A program made the translations under genes and the position numbers. A stretch of DNA of 64,000 nucleotides from an uncultured Thermoleophilia bacterium. Lineage in GTDB: Bacteria > Actinomycetota > Thermoleophilia > UBA2241. A model generated the notes under the pieces. That model did no database searches. It was not told the DNA's origin and saw nothing but the letters and a program-made list of their open reading frames with translations. The DNA lies in the NCBI GenBank assembly GCA_963709635.1, contig CAVPXA010000023.1:20602-84601 (forward strand), in the 5' to 3' direction. Positions 49,098 through 58,565 of the stretch are shown here, piece by piece (position 1 is the stretch's first letter; each line of letters opens with the position of its first letter).

Positions 49098-50493
49098 GTG
49101 AGCGACGAGCGGACGATGGCGGATGACGAGCGGTCGGGCATGAGCCGCGGCGCGCCCGACCCGGCGGCCATGTTCACGCCGGACGCGGCGGACGCGGCCG
49201 CGGCGCGCGAGGTCACGGAGTGGGCGCTCGCGCGCCTCGCCGGCCGCCGCGACATCCTGCCGCCCAAGGCGGCCGCCGGACGCTCTGCCGGGGATCGGCC
49301 CGGACGGCATCGGCGCGGAGGCTGCACTGGCGTTGTTCCGCGACCGCGTGGCCCCGACGGCCATCCCGCCGGACCACCCGCGGTTTCTCGCCTTCATCCC
49401 CGGCGCACCCACCGTGACCGCGGCGCTCGCCGACATGGCCCTGTCGGTCGCGATGATCTACGGCGGCAGCTCCCTGGAGGGCGGCCGCGCCGTGGAGGCG
49501 GAGGACGCCGTGGTGCGCTGGCTGGCCGGCGCCGCCGGGTTCCCGGCGACCGCCGGCGGCACGTTCGTGAGCGGCGGATCCATCGCCAATCTGAGCGCGC
49601 TCGTAGCGGCGCGTGGCGGCGGGCAGGAGGCGCACCGCCGCCGCTTCATCATCGCCGGCGCGTCGGCGCACTCGTCCATGGCCGCCGCTGCTCACATCAT
49701 GGGCTGCGAGCTGGTCACGGCGCCCGCGGCCGACGCGCACGGGCGCCTCGACCGCCGTGTGCTCGAGCAGGCGCTTGCCACGCTCGACCCGGCGGAGGTC
49801 GTCGCCGTCGTCGCCACCGCCGGGGCGACCAACAACGGCGCCTTCGACGACCTCGCCGGCGTGGCCGACGTGTGCGCCGCGCACGACCTGCGCCTGCACG
49901 TGGACGGCGCCTACGGCGGCGCGGCCCTCCTCTCGCCGAAGACCCGCCCGCTGCTCGACGGCATCGAGCGGGCGGACTCGTTCATCGTCGACCCGCACAA
50001 GATGCTCTACTCGACGTTCGACTGCGCCGCCCTGGTGTACCGCGACCGCGCCGCGGCCGGCTGCGCCCTGACGCAGACCGCCGACTACCTCGCCGTCTGC
50101 GACGGCGAGGACCCGAACCCGTCGGACCTCGCGATCCACCTCACACGCCGCGCACGCGGCGTGCCTCTGTGGGCGTCGGTCCTGGCCTACGGCACCGACG
50201 CGTACGCCGCCGCGGTGGACCACTGCGTGGACATCGCAGCCTACGCCGCCTCACAGGTCGAGGCGGCTCCGGCGCTCGAGCTCGTGCTCGATCCCTCGTT
50301 CACCGTGCTCGTCGTTCGCCGCCTCGGCTGGACGGCGGACGACTACGCCGCGTGGAGCGCGGACGCCATGGCTCGCGGCGTCGCCGTCGTCATGCCGACC
50401 AGGCACTCCGGCGAGACCGTGCTCCGCCTCTGCTTCGTCAATCCGCTCACGACCCGTGAGGACGTCGACCTGGTGCTCTCCGACCTGGGCTGA
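49098..50493 (+). pseudogene. group II PLP-dependent decarboxylase, frameshifted
   Basis: The N-terminal approx. 60 aa are in ORF 49098. From about 49275 the reading continues in ORF 49333..50493 (LPGIGPDGIGAEAALALFRDRVAPTAIPPDHPRFLAFIPG...SGGSIANLSAL...HVDGAYGG...IVDPHKMLY). Length is 1396 nt = 3n+1. Confidence 0.8.
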
Positions 50494-50601
50494 TGGGGGA
50501 GGCTGCGGCCCTCCGCGAGCCGGCCGACGCCGGGAGACAGACTCCGCTGCTAGAGTCGGAGCAGACCGTCGGCGTCGACGGGAAGCTCGCCTTCGCAGGG
50601 G

Positions 50602-50868
50602 GTGCCCAAGCCGGTGCTCTCGAGACTCTCTCCCGCGCCGGGCAAGCGCGGCGCGACCGTCACGCTGAGGGGCAGATGGTTCGGCGACGAGCGAGGCCGG
50701 AGGAGCGTCGTGGCGTTCGGCTCGGCGAAGGTCAGGCAGTACGTCTCCTGGAGCCCCAGGAAGATCGTGGTGAAGGTCCCCGCCAGGGCGAGGCTCGGCA
50801 AGGTCAAGGTGACGGTGACGACCTCGATCGGGGCGAGCGCCGCGCGGACCTTCACCGTGCTGCCGTAG
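50602..50868 (+). CDS. orphan IPT/TIG domain ORF (possible gene remnant)
   Basis: 88 codons from GTG 50602, with no signal peptide and no clear SD. PVLSRLSPAPGKRGATVTLRGRWFG...GKVKVTVTTSIGASAARTFTV parallels the last 85 aa of the 52593..54359 protein. Confidence 0.4.
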   Translation: MPKPVLSRLSPAPGKRGATVTLRGRWFGDERGRRSVVAFGSAKVRQYVSWSPRKIVVKVPARARLGKVKVTVTTSIGASAARTFTVLP

Positions 50869-50966
50869 CGGCCGGCGGGCGGTTGACGGCGGCCCAGAGC
50901 GAGATTGGTCCCTGAGGGCCGCGCCGTCCCCAGGGACCAGTCTCACGTATCTCTCGAGTCAGCCGG

Positions 50967-52403
50967 TCACGAGGGTCGCGTCCACCCCATCACGGACTTG
51001 ACCTCCAGGTAGTCCTCGAGGCCGAACACGCCCCACTCGCGGCCGTTGCCGCTCGTGCGGTAGCCGCCGAACGGCGCGTACGCGTCGGTGGGCGCGCCGT
51101 TGAGGTGCACCATGCCGGTGCGCATGCGGCTCGCGACGCGGCGGGCACGCTCGAAGTCGGCCGACTGCACGTACCCGGAGAGGCCGTACTCGGTCGCGTT
51201 GGCCAGCGCGATCGCGTCCGCCTCGTCCTCGAACGGCGTCATCACCAGCACCGGGCCGAAGATCTCCTCCTGGAACACGCGCATGCCCGGCGTGACGTCG
51301 GCGAACACGGTGGGCCGGACGAAGAAGCCCTTGTCGAGCCCGTCCGGCCGCTCCAGGCCGCCGGCCACCAGCCGGGCGCCCTCGTCGATGCCGGTCTGGA
51401 TGTGGCCGCGCACGGCGTCGTACTGCTTGCGCCCGGCCACCGGGCCCATGAACGTGGCCTCGTCGGTCGGGTCGCCCACAGCCACGTCGCCGGCCGCGCG
51501 GGCGGCGACCTCCACGGCCTCGTCGTAGATCTCGCGGGCGACCAGCATCCGCGTCGGCGCGTTGCAGGTCTGGCCGGAGTTGTGCATCACGCCGAAGGTG
51601 CCTGAGCGGACGACCTTCTCGACGTTCACGTCGCCGAACACGATGTTGGCGGACTTGCCGCCGAGCTCGAGTGAGACGCGCTTGATGGAAGGCGCGGCGG
51701 CCGCGCCGACCACGCCGCCCACGGCGGTGGAGCCGGTGAGCGAGACCATGTCGACGAGCGGGTGGGTGGCGAACGCGTCGCCCAGGGCCGCGCCGGCGCC
51801 GTTGAGCATGTTGAACACGCCGGCGGGCACGCCGGCCTCGTGCACGGCCTCGGCGAAGAGCAGGGCGGAGAGCGGCGAAAGCTGACTCGGCTTGAGGACC
51901 ATGGTGCAGCCGGCTGCCAGGGCCGGGCCGACCTTGCAGGTCACCTGGTTCATCGGCCAGTTCCACGGCGCGAGCAGGGCGCACACGCCCACGGGCTCGC
52001 GCCGGATGCGTGTGGTGCCCCAGTCCTGCTCCAGCGGGTAGTCCCTGAGCGCGTCCATGGCCACCTTGAGGTGCCGCGCGCCCGCGAGCACCTGGCCGCC
52101 GAAGGCGAGACCTCGCGGGATGCCGACCTCGGTCATCATCGCCTCGGCGATCTGCGGGATGCGCTTCTTGTACGCCTCGCGCAGCGCGGTGAGCAGCTCG
52201 ATGCGCTCCTCGCGGCTGGTCTGCGACCAGCTGGGGAAGGCGCGGTGAGCCGCCTGCACGGCCGCCTCGACGTCGTCGGGCGTGGCGGCCGCGATGCGCG
52301 CCACCTCCTCCTCCGTCGCTGGGTTGATGACGGCGATCTCCGCCCCCGGGTGGACCGGCTCGACCCACTGCCCGTCGATGTAGAACCTGCCTGCGTCAGT
52401 CAC
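50967..52403 (-). CDS. NAD(P)-dependent aldehyde dehydrogenase
   Basis: Intact 478-aa ORF. It has the catalytic Glu motif LELGGKSA and the Cys motif NSGQTCNAPTR. Confidence 0.9.
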   Translation of the reverse strand: MTDAGRFYIDGQWVEPVHPGAEIAVINPATEEEVARIAAATPDDVEAAVQAAHRAFPSWSQTSREERIELLTALREAYKKRIPQIAEAMMTEVGIPRGLAFGGQVLAGARHLKVAMDALRDYPLEQDWGTTRIRREPVGVCALLAPWNWPMNQVTCKVGPALAAGCTMVLKPSQLSPLSALLFAEAVHEAGVPAGVFNMLNGAGAALGDAFATHPLVDMVSLTGSTAVGGVVGAAAAPSIKRVSLELGGKSANIVFGDVNVEKVVRSGTFGVMHNSGQTCNAPTRMLVAREIYDEAVEVAARAAGDVAVGDPTDEATFMGPVAGRKQYDAVRGHIQTGIDEGARLVAGGLERPDGLDKGFFVRPTVFADVTPGMRVFQEEIFGPVLVMTPFEDEADAIALANATEYGLSGYVQSADFERARRVASRMRTGMVHLNGAPTDAYAPFGGYRTSGNGREWGVFGLEDYLEVKSVMGWTRPS

Positions 52404-52592
52404 GTGCCCTCCAGCGGACTCGGTGATGTGCCGGTTGCTAGTCTACCGGCGCCGGGAGCGGCGGCGGACCGCTCACACATACTGGCCTGCCCGTCACCCT
52501 ATGGATACACTGGAGCAGGAGGTAGGCCCGGCGTACGGTGCGGCCGGCGGTCGAGCGCGGGGCCACAGAGCACGCGAGCGAGGGAGAGCGTC

Positions 52593-54359
52593 ATGGGAGC
52601 TCGTGCACCACGCCTGTCCACTTGGGTCGTCCTGCTGCTGGCGGCCGCGGCCCTCTTCGTGAGCACGCCCGCGGCGCTCGCCGGGCCGCTGACAGCGCCG
52701 CCCCTGCTCACGGCGACCGACCCACTCCTCCTTCTCGCCCTCCAACAAGAGGAGTTGACGGCCGGGGAGGCGTCGGCAGACGACCACTTCGGCTTCGCCG
52801 TCGCCATCGACGGGGACACGGCGCTGATCGGGGCGCGAGGCGCCAACGCCGGTCAAGGCGCCGCCTACGTCTTTGCACGCAGCGGCACGACGTGGAGCGA
52901 GCAGGCGATGCTCACGGCGTCGGACGGGGAGGCCGGTGACCTGGCCGGCTGCTCCGTCGCCCTCCGCGGAGACGTGGCGCTGGTCGGCGCCCAGTACGGG
53001 GGCGACAAGGACCAAGGCGCCGCGTACGTCTTCATCCGCAGTGGCGCCTCCTGGAGCGAGCAGGCCAAGCTGGCGGCGGCGGACGCGATGCCCGGCTTCG
53101 TCTTCGGCATGTCCGTCGCCCTGGAGGAAGGACAGGCGCTCGTGGGAGCTCCCGGCGCAGAGGGCGACGACAACTCCCCGGGCGCCGCCTACGTCTTCAC
53201 GCGCACCGGCACTGACTGGAGCCAGGAGGCCAAGCTCACGGGAGCCGGCAGTTCGAGCCGCGACAGGTTCGGTACCGCCGTGGCCATTGACGGGGACACG
53301 GCGCTCGTGGGCGCCATCACCCACGACCCGGGCGGCATCAGAGACCAGGGCGCCGCATACGTCTTTGCGCGGAGCGACGCGACCTGGAGCCGGCAGACCA
53401 AGCTGACGGCGACGGACGGGGCGGCGGGCGACGAGTTCGGCTCCTCAGTCGCCCTCGATGGGAGCATGGCGCTGGTGGGCGCGTGGAACGCACGTATCGG
53501 CGCCAACGAGGGTCAGGGCGCCGCCTACGTCTTTGCTCTCAGCGGGGCGACCTGGAGCCAGGGGGCGAAGCTGACGGCGGCCGGCGGGGCGGCCGGGGAC
53601 CATCTCGGTCAGGCTGCCGCCCTCGACGGTGGCGCCGCGCTGGTCGGGACCTCCTTGCGCGACGGGGGCCGGGGGGGAGCCTTCGTCTTCACACACGATG
53701 GCACGGGTTGGAGCCAGCTCGCCGCGTTGGCGATGCAAGACGGAGCTGCCTGGGACCAGTTCGGCCGCTCCGTCGCCCTCGACGGCAGGACTGCGCTCGT
53801 CGGCGCGCTGGGGCACGACGCCGGCGTCCAGGCTGACCAGGGCGCCGCCTACGTTTTCGGACTGCCCTGCACGGTGACGCCCCGCGTCAGGGGCGGCAAC
53901 GGCACGATCAGCCCGGCGACGCCGCAGAAGCTCGCCTACGGCTCGACGCCGACTTTCAGCTTCACTCCCGCCTCCGGCTACCTGCTCGGGCGGGTGCTGG
54001 TCGACGGCAAGCCGGCAGCGCTGCTCGATCCCGACCGGTACACCTTCGCGCCGCTGACTGCCGACCACGCGATCAGCGTCGAGTTCACCGCCATAGTCTT
54101 GACGCCGGACATCTTGAAACTCTCGCCGACGGCGGGCGGGCGGGGCGCCGTCGTGACGATCACCGGGAGGAGCTTCGGCAAGCGACGCGGCGCCGGCTTC
54201 GTCACCTTCGGCAAGGTGAAGGCCGGGAAGTACCTCTCCTGGAGCGCGACCAAGATCAAGGTGAAGGTCCCGGCCAAGGCAAGCTTCGGCAAGGTCAAGG
54301 TGACCGTGACGACCCCCACAGGGAGGAGCGCGGCGAAGACGTTCACGGTCAGGCGATGA
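52593..54359 (+). CDS. secreted FG-GAP-like repeat protein with C-terminal IPT/TIG domain
   Basis: ATG 52593 with GAGGGAGAG upstream and a signal peptide. About seven 55-aa repeats (DxFGxSVAxDGDTALVGA...GAAYVF.R.G..WS....L). These are followed by a bacterial Ig-like segment and an IPT/TIG domain. Confidence 0.8.
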   Translation: MGARAPRLSTWVVLLLAAAALFVSTPAALAGPLTAPPLLTATDPLLLLALQQEELTAGEASADDHFGFAVAIDGDTALIGARGANAGQGAAYVFARSGTTWSEQAMLTASDGEAGDLAGCSVALRGDVALVGAQYGGDKDQGAAYVFIRSGASWSEQAKLAAADAMPGFVFGMSVALEEGQALVGAPGAEGDDNSPGAAYVFTRTGTDWSQEAKLTGAGSSSRDRFGTAVAIDGDTALVGAITHDPGGIRDQGAAYVFARSDATWSRQTKLTATDGAAGDEFGSSVALDGSMALVGAWNARIGANEGQGAAYVFALSGATWSQGAKLTAAGGAAGDHLGQAAALDGGAALVGTSLRDGGRGGAFVFTHDGTGWSQLAALAMQDGAAWDQFGRSVALDGRTALVGALGHDAGVQADQGAAYVFGLPCTVTPRVRGGNGTISPATPQKLAYGSTPTFSFTPASGYLLGRVLVDGKPAALLDPDRYTFAPLTADHAISVEFTAIVLTPDILKLSPTAGGRGAVVTITGRSFGKRRGAGFVTFGKVKAGKYLSWSATKIKVKVPAKASFGKVKVTVTTPTGRSAAKTFTVRR

Positions 54360-54411
54360 GCCGCCGGCGCCAGGCGGACTCAGCTGCGGACGGCCACAGC
54401 AGGCAGCAACG

Positions 54412-54446
54412 CCGGAGGGGGCGCACGGCGTGCGCCCCCTCCGGCG
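54412..54446. terminator. 16-bp perfect GC hairpin between convergent genes
   Basis: GCCGGAGGGGGCGCAC (54412-54427), loop GGC, GTGCGCCCCCTCCGGC (54431-54446). It lies between stops at 54359 (+) and 54465 (-). Confidence 0.65.
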
Positions 54447-54464
54447 CCTCCACTCCTGTCGAAC

Positions 54465-54785
54465 TCAGGAACCCGGCGGACGATAGTACATCTTGGTGCG
54501 CGCGGCCTCGTCCATCTCCTCCGGCGTGAGCAGCACGGTGACGCTGCAGCGCACCTGCCCCCCGGCGGAGATGTGCGTGGCCATGGCCGCGGCGGTCACG
54601 TTGTCCGGCAGGTCGACGACGCTGTACACGTCGTTGACCCCGAACGCGTAGTAGAAGGACTCGAGCTCGCCGCCCAGGTTCTTCGCCATGTCGGCGATCA
54701 TCTTGCGGCGCTCGCTGCCGCCCTCGCGGAGCACGCCCTTCATGCCCTCCGGGCTGTAGGTGGCGACGACCAGGTACTTCGGCAT
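54465..54785 (-). CDS. GYD domain protein
   Basis: MPKYLVVATYSPEGMKGVLREGG...YYAFGVNDVYSVVDLPDN. ATG 54785 is preceded by GAGGAGGGTGAG. Confidence 0.6.
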   Translation of the reverse strand: MPKYLVVATYSPEGMKGVLREGGSERRKMIADMAKNLGGELESFYYAFGVNDVYSVVDLPDNVTAAAMATHISAGGQVRCSVTVLLTPEEMDEAARTKMYYRPPGS

Positions 54786-54909
54786 CTCACCCTCCTCTGC
54801 GTTTGCCAAGCGTGCGGATACTATCCACCCGCCGTGCGCGGGTGTCTATTCCTGTACGCTTGCCGCCATGCGAGACGTGAGCGCAACGACGCGACCGGCG
54901 ACGGGATAG

Positions 54910-55746
54910 ATGCTGGCGGCGCTGCTCGCCCTGCTGGCGAGCTTCACGTGGGGCACCTCCAACTACCTCGCCGGCGTGGAGACGCGCACACGCTCGGTGT
55001 GGCACGTGGCCGCGCTCAGCCAGATCATGGCGGCCGCGGCTGCGGCTGTGGGTCTGGTCGCCGCCCGGCAGGGGCCGCCCGGCGGCTGGGACCTGGTCCT
55101 CCTGCTGATCACCGGGGCCGTCACCGCCGCCGGGCTCGTGATGTTTTACAAGGCGCTGGCGATCGGCACCATGAGCGTGGTGGCCCCGATCATCGCCGCG
55201 GAGGTGCTGATCCCCGTGACGGCCGGGATCCTGCTCGGAGAGCGTCCCGGCCTGCACGCCTACATCGGCATGGTCGTGACGGTGGGCGGCGTGGTGCTCA
55301 TCTCCCGCACGCCGCAGCACGGCACGCACGCGGCCCACGCGCGCAAAGCCGTGCTGCTCGCCGTCCTCACGGCCGTCGCCTGGGGCTTCATGCTGCTGGT
55401 CTACGGCACCGTCGGCAAGGAGAACCCGGTCTGGGCCGTGTTCGACACGCGCGTGACGTCGGCCGCGGTGCTGGCAGCCTACGTGCTGCTCGCCGGCCGC
55501 GGCCTCTCCCTCAAGGGCCAGAACGTGCCGGCGCTCGCCGCCATCGGCATCCTGCTCGCGGTCGCCAACTTCCTCTTCATCGTCGCCTCCGGCATCGGCT
55601 ACCTGAGCGTGGTCAGCATCCTCGGCTCGCTCTCCCCGGTGGTGGTGACGGTCTACGCGCAGACGTTCCTGCACGAGCGCCTGATGCCGTGGCAGTGGGT
55701 CGGGTTCGCCGCGGTGTTCGCCGGCATCGTGCTGCTGGCGATATGA
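54910..55746 (+). CDS. EamA/DMT family transporter
   Basis: Intact 278-aa ORF with 10 TM helices in two EamA-like halves. Confidence 0.8.
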   Translation: MLAALLALLASFTWGTSNYLAGVETRTRSVWHVAALSQIMAAAAAAVGLVAARQGPPGGWDLVLLLITGAVTAAGLVMFYKALAIGTMSVVAPIIAAEVLIPVTAGILLGERPGLHAYIGMVVTVGGVVLISRTPQHGTHAAHARKAVLLAVLTAVAWGFMLLVYGTVGKENPVWAVFDTRVTSAAVLAAYVLLAGRGLSLKGQNVPALAAIGILLAVANFLFIVASGIGYLSVVSILGSLSPVVVTVYAQTFLHERLMPWQWVGFAAVFAGIVLLAI

Positions 55747-56276
55747 GCGCCGGGGCCGGGCACGACGTGCAGGGCTTCGCGCCCGTCGCCGCCGCGGACG
55801 CCCGGGTGCTCGTCCTCGGGAGCGCGCCGAGCGTCATCTCCCTGCGGCGAGGCGAGTACTTCGGCAACCCCCGCAACGCGTTCTGGCCGGTCATGGCGGA
55901 GTTGCTGGGCCGGCCGGCCGGAGAGGACTACGCGGCGCGGACGCGGATGCTGCTGGAGGCGCGGATCGCCGTGTGGGACGTCCTCGCCCGCGCGCAGCGG
56001 CCCGGCAGCCTCGACGCCTCGATCGTGGCCGCGAGCGCCGAGGTCAACGACTTCACCGGGTTCTTCTCCGAGCACCCGGAGGTGCGCGCCGTCTTCTTCA
56101 ACGGCCGGACGGCGCGCACGTTCTGGGACCGCCGGGTCGCCGGGCGCCAGGACCTCCCCGGCGACCTCGCGCTGACCACGCTGCCCTCCACGTCGCCGGC
56201 GCACGCGGCGCTCACACGAGTGCAGAAGACCGAGGCCTGGCGGCAGGTGGCCGCGGCCGCCGGCGACATACACTAG
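55743..56276 (+). CDS. DNA-deoxyinosine (hypoxanthine) glycosylase, UDG superfamily
   Basis: The start overlaps the EamA stop (ATGA 55743-55746). Motifs: VLVLGSAPSVISLRRGEYFGNPRNAFW and LPSTSPA. Confidence 0.7.
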   Translation: MSAGAGHDVQGFAPVAAADARVLVLGSAPSVISLRRGEYFGNPRNAFWPVMAELLGRPAGEDYAARTRMLLEARIAVWDVLARAQRPGSLDASIVAASAEVNDFTGFFSEHPEVRAVFFNGRTARTFWDRRVAGRQDLPGDLALTTLPSTSPAHAALTRVQKTEAWRQVAAAAGDIH

Positions 56277-56318
56277 AGCCCGCCCCGTCGCGACGGCACA
56301 CGCTCGAAAGGAAGCCCG

Positions 56319-57513
56319 ATGGAGATCTCCCTGAAGTACGGCTGCAACCCGCACCAGACCCCCGCCGGCGTCACCGTCCCGGAGGAGGCAGGCTTCCAGG
56401 TGCTCAGCGGCCGGCCCGGGTACATCAACTTCCTCGACGCGCTCGGCGCCTGGCAGCTGGTGCGCGAGCTGAAGGCGGCCACTGGGAAGCCAGCCGCCGC
56501 CTCGTTCAAGCACGTGAGCCCGGCCGGCGCCGCGGTCGCCGGCGAGCTGTCCGCCGCGTATCGCGCCTCGCAGTTCCTCGGCGACGAGGACTACTCGCCG
56601 CTGGCGACCGCCTACGCGCGCGCCCGCGGCGGCGACCGCATGTGCTCGTTCGGCGACGTCGCCGCGGTGAGCGACGTCGTCGATCTCTCGCTGGCCAGAC
56701 TGCTGTACAGCGAGGTCTCCGACCTCATCATCGCGCCCGGGTTCGAACCCGAGGCACTGGAGCTGCTCAAGACCAAGCGCGACGGCGCCTACATGGTCCT
56801 CTCCATCGACCCGGAGTACGAGCCGGCCGACGTCGAGACGCGCGAGGTCTTCGGCTTCACGATGACGCAGAAGCGCAACACCACCCGGGTCACGCCGGAG
56901 CTGTTCCAGACCGCCGGCGCGGCCGACGCCGACGCCTCAGTCGCTCCGGCCGGCGCGCCCCTGCCCGCGGACGTCCTCGAGACGCTCATCGTGGCGACCG
57001 TCGCCCTCAAGTACACGCAGTCCAACTCGGTCGGCATCGCCTGCGACGGCCAGGTGATCGGCATGGGCGCGGGCCAGCAGTCCCGCGTGCACTGCACGCG
57101 CCTCGCCTGCGGCAAGGCCGACAAGTGGCTCCTCCAGCAGCACCCCAAGACGCTCGCCCTGCCGATCCGCGAGGACCTGCCCAAGCCGGAGAAGGCCAAC
57201 CTCGTCGACTACTACCTGCTCTGGGACGAGCTCTCCGGACGTGGAGAAGCGCAAGCTCCGCGAGGGCCTGACGGCCGATCCCGACCCGCTCACGCGGGAG
57301 GAGCGCGCCGAGTGGGTCAAACGGTTCAGCGGCATCTGCCTCAGCTCCGACGCCTTCATCCCGTTCCCCGACAACCTCGACCGCGCCGCCAGGAGCAACG
57401 TGCAGTACGTCGCCCAGACCGGCGGCTCGGCACGCGACGACGTGGTGAGCGCCGCGGCGGCCGAGTACGGGATGACGATGGTGCACACGGGGCTGCGGCT
57501 GTTCCTGCACTAG
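56319..57513 (+). pseudogene. stand-alone AICAR transformylase (PurH C-terminal half)-like protein, frameshifted
   Basis: MEISLKYGCNPHQ...SFKHVSPAG...LKYTQSNSVGIACDGQVIGMGAGQQSRVH. After LLWDELS the reading moves to ORF 57241..57513 (DVEKRKL...LSSDAFIPFPDN...VAQTGGSARDD...MVHTGLRLFLH). An extra G sits near 57237. Length = 3n+1. No MGS/IMP cyclohydrolase domain. Confidence 0.75.
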
Positions 57514-57556
57514 CGCAGGTCGCCACACCGAAAGCCGGCGCGCGGACAGCCGGGCG

Positions 57557-57775
57557 TCAGCCGTATCCGCCCGCGCCCGGGTGCTGGTTCTTGTACTTGA
57601 CCCGGTCCTCGGGCGACATGTCCGCGCCGCCGACGTCGAGGATGTGGGCGGCGTGCCGTCCTGCCCGTGACTTCGTGAAGACGCGGGTGATCACCAGCCA
57701 CACCACGACGACGAGCGCGATGCCGCCGAAGACGACGAACGGAAGCACATCAGCGGTGAAGTCGACCGCGAGCAT
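57557..57775 (-). CDS. hypothetical small membrane protein
   Basis: 72-aa ORF with one TM helix (VLPFVVFGGIALVVVVWLVI) and a charged tail. Confidence 0.45.
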   Translation of the reverse strand: MLAVDFTADVLPFVVFGGIALVVVVWLVITRVFTKSRAGRHAAHILDVGGADMSPEDRVKYKNQHPGAGGYG

Positions 57776-57884
57776 GGCCCCAGACTACCACTGCAACGTC
57801 ACCCTCCGAAGCGTTCGGCGCTCTGTCGAGAGCGCTCGGGACCGTCTATCGTCGACGGCATGACGGCGACCCTTCCTCTTGCTG

Positions 57885-57915
57885 ATGATAACAGTCACCG
57901 CTATTATGTTATCAT
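57885..57915. promoter_or_regulatory. 9-bp perfect inverted repeat overlapping the antitoxin start codon
   Basis: ATGATAACA (57885-57893), a 13-nt spacer, TGTTATCAT (57907-57915), within an AT-richer tract. This is a typical autoregulatory operator position for a TA operon. Confidence 0.55.
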
Positions 57916-58138
57916 GCTGCGCACCCAGATCAGCTTGTCGCAAGAGGACTACGATGCCGCAAAGGCCGAGGCGGCTCGGCTCGGCATCTCGCTGGCCGAG
58001 CTCATGCGCCGGGCTCTCCGGGCTGCACTGCCCGCAGACGCATCGAAGCCGTGGATGCGCTACGCAGGTATGGTCGAGAGCGGCGACCCGGCGTCCAGCC
58101 TGCACATCGACGACGTGGTCTATGGCCACAAGGACTGA
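57914..58138 (+). CDS. ribbon-helix-helix (CopG-like) antitoxin
   Basis: MLRTQISLSQEDYDAAKAEAARLGISLAELMRRALRAAL. It overlaps the PIN gene by 17 nt. Confidence 0.7.
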   Translation: MLRTQISLSQEDYDAAKAEAARLGISLAELMRRALRAALPADASKPWMRYAGMVESGDPASSLHIDDVVYGHKD

Positions 58139-58535
58139 CGCCTACGTCGATACCTCGGCGTTCATCGCGTTCGCCGACCGATCGGACACCCACCATCCGC
58201 TCTTCCGCCGGCTGTTCGGCGAACCTCCGCGGCTCCTGACGACCGCACTGGTAGTGGCCGAAGGGCACGGATGGTTCCTGCGCCGCTACGATCGCACGCG
58301 AGCGCTGCAGTTCCTCGCCATGATCGAAGCGATGACCCCTCTCCGCGTACTCCCGGTGGGGCCCAGGGAGCAGGCGGCCGGCGGCGACCTGCTACGCCGC
58401 TTCTCGGATCAGGACCTCACGCTAGCCGACGCGGTCGGACTGCACATCATCGCGTCGCGCGGAGTCGGAACCGTATGGTCCACCGACTTCCACCTCGGCC
58501 TCTCCGGCACACCGCTGGTGACGGGCCGCGAGTAG
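58122..58535 (+). CDS. vapC: PIN domain toxin (VapC-like)
   Basis: ATG 58122. AYVDTSAFIAFADRSD...ALVVAEGHGWF...LTLADAVGLHIIASRGVGTVWSTDFHL is a PIN acidic-residue pattern. Confidence 0.7.
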   Translation: MATRTDAYVDTSAFIAFADRSDTHHPLFRRLFGEPPRLLTTALVVAEGHGWFLRRYDRTRALQFLAMIEAMTPLRVLPVGPREQAAGGDLLRRFSDQDLTLADAVGLHIIASRGVGTVWSTDFHLGLSGTPLVTGRE

Positions 58536-58565
58536 CCGCGGGCGGACAGCGGCCGCAGCCGGGAG

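Noticed and set aside
56739-56750. tRNA T-loop-like GGGTTCGAACCC, and a general scan of intergenic regions for tRNA or rRNA
   Set aside because: The motif lies inside the PurH-like CDS with no acceptor or anticodon arm context. No intergenic region showed tRNA-like architecture or rRNA-like sequence.
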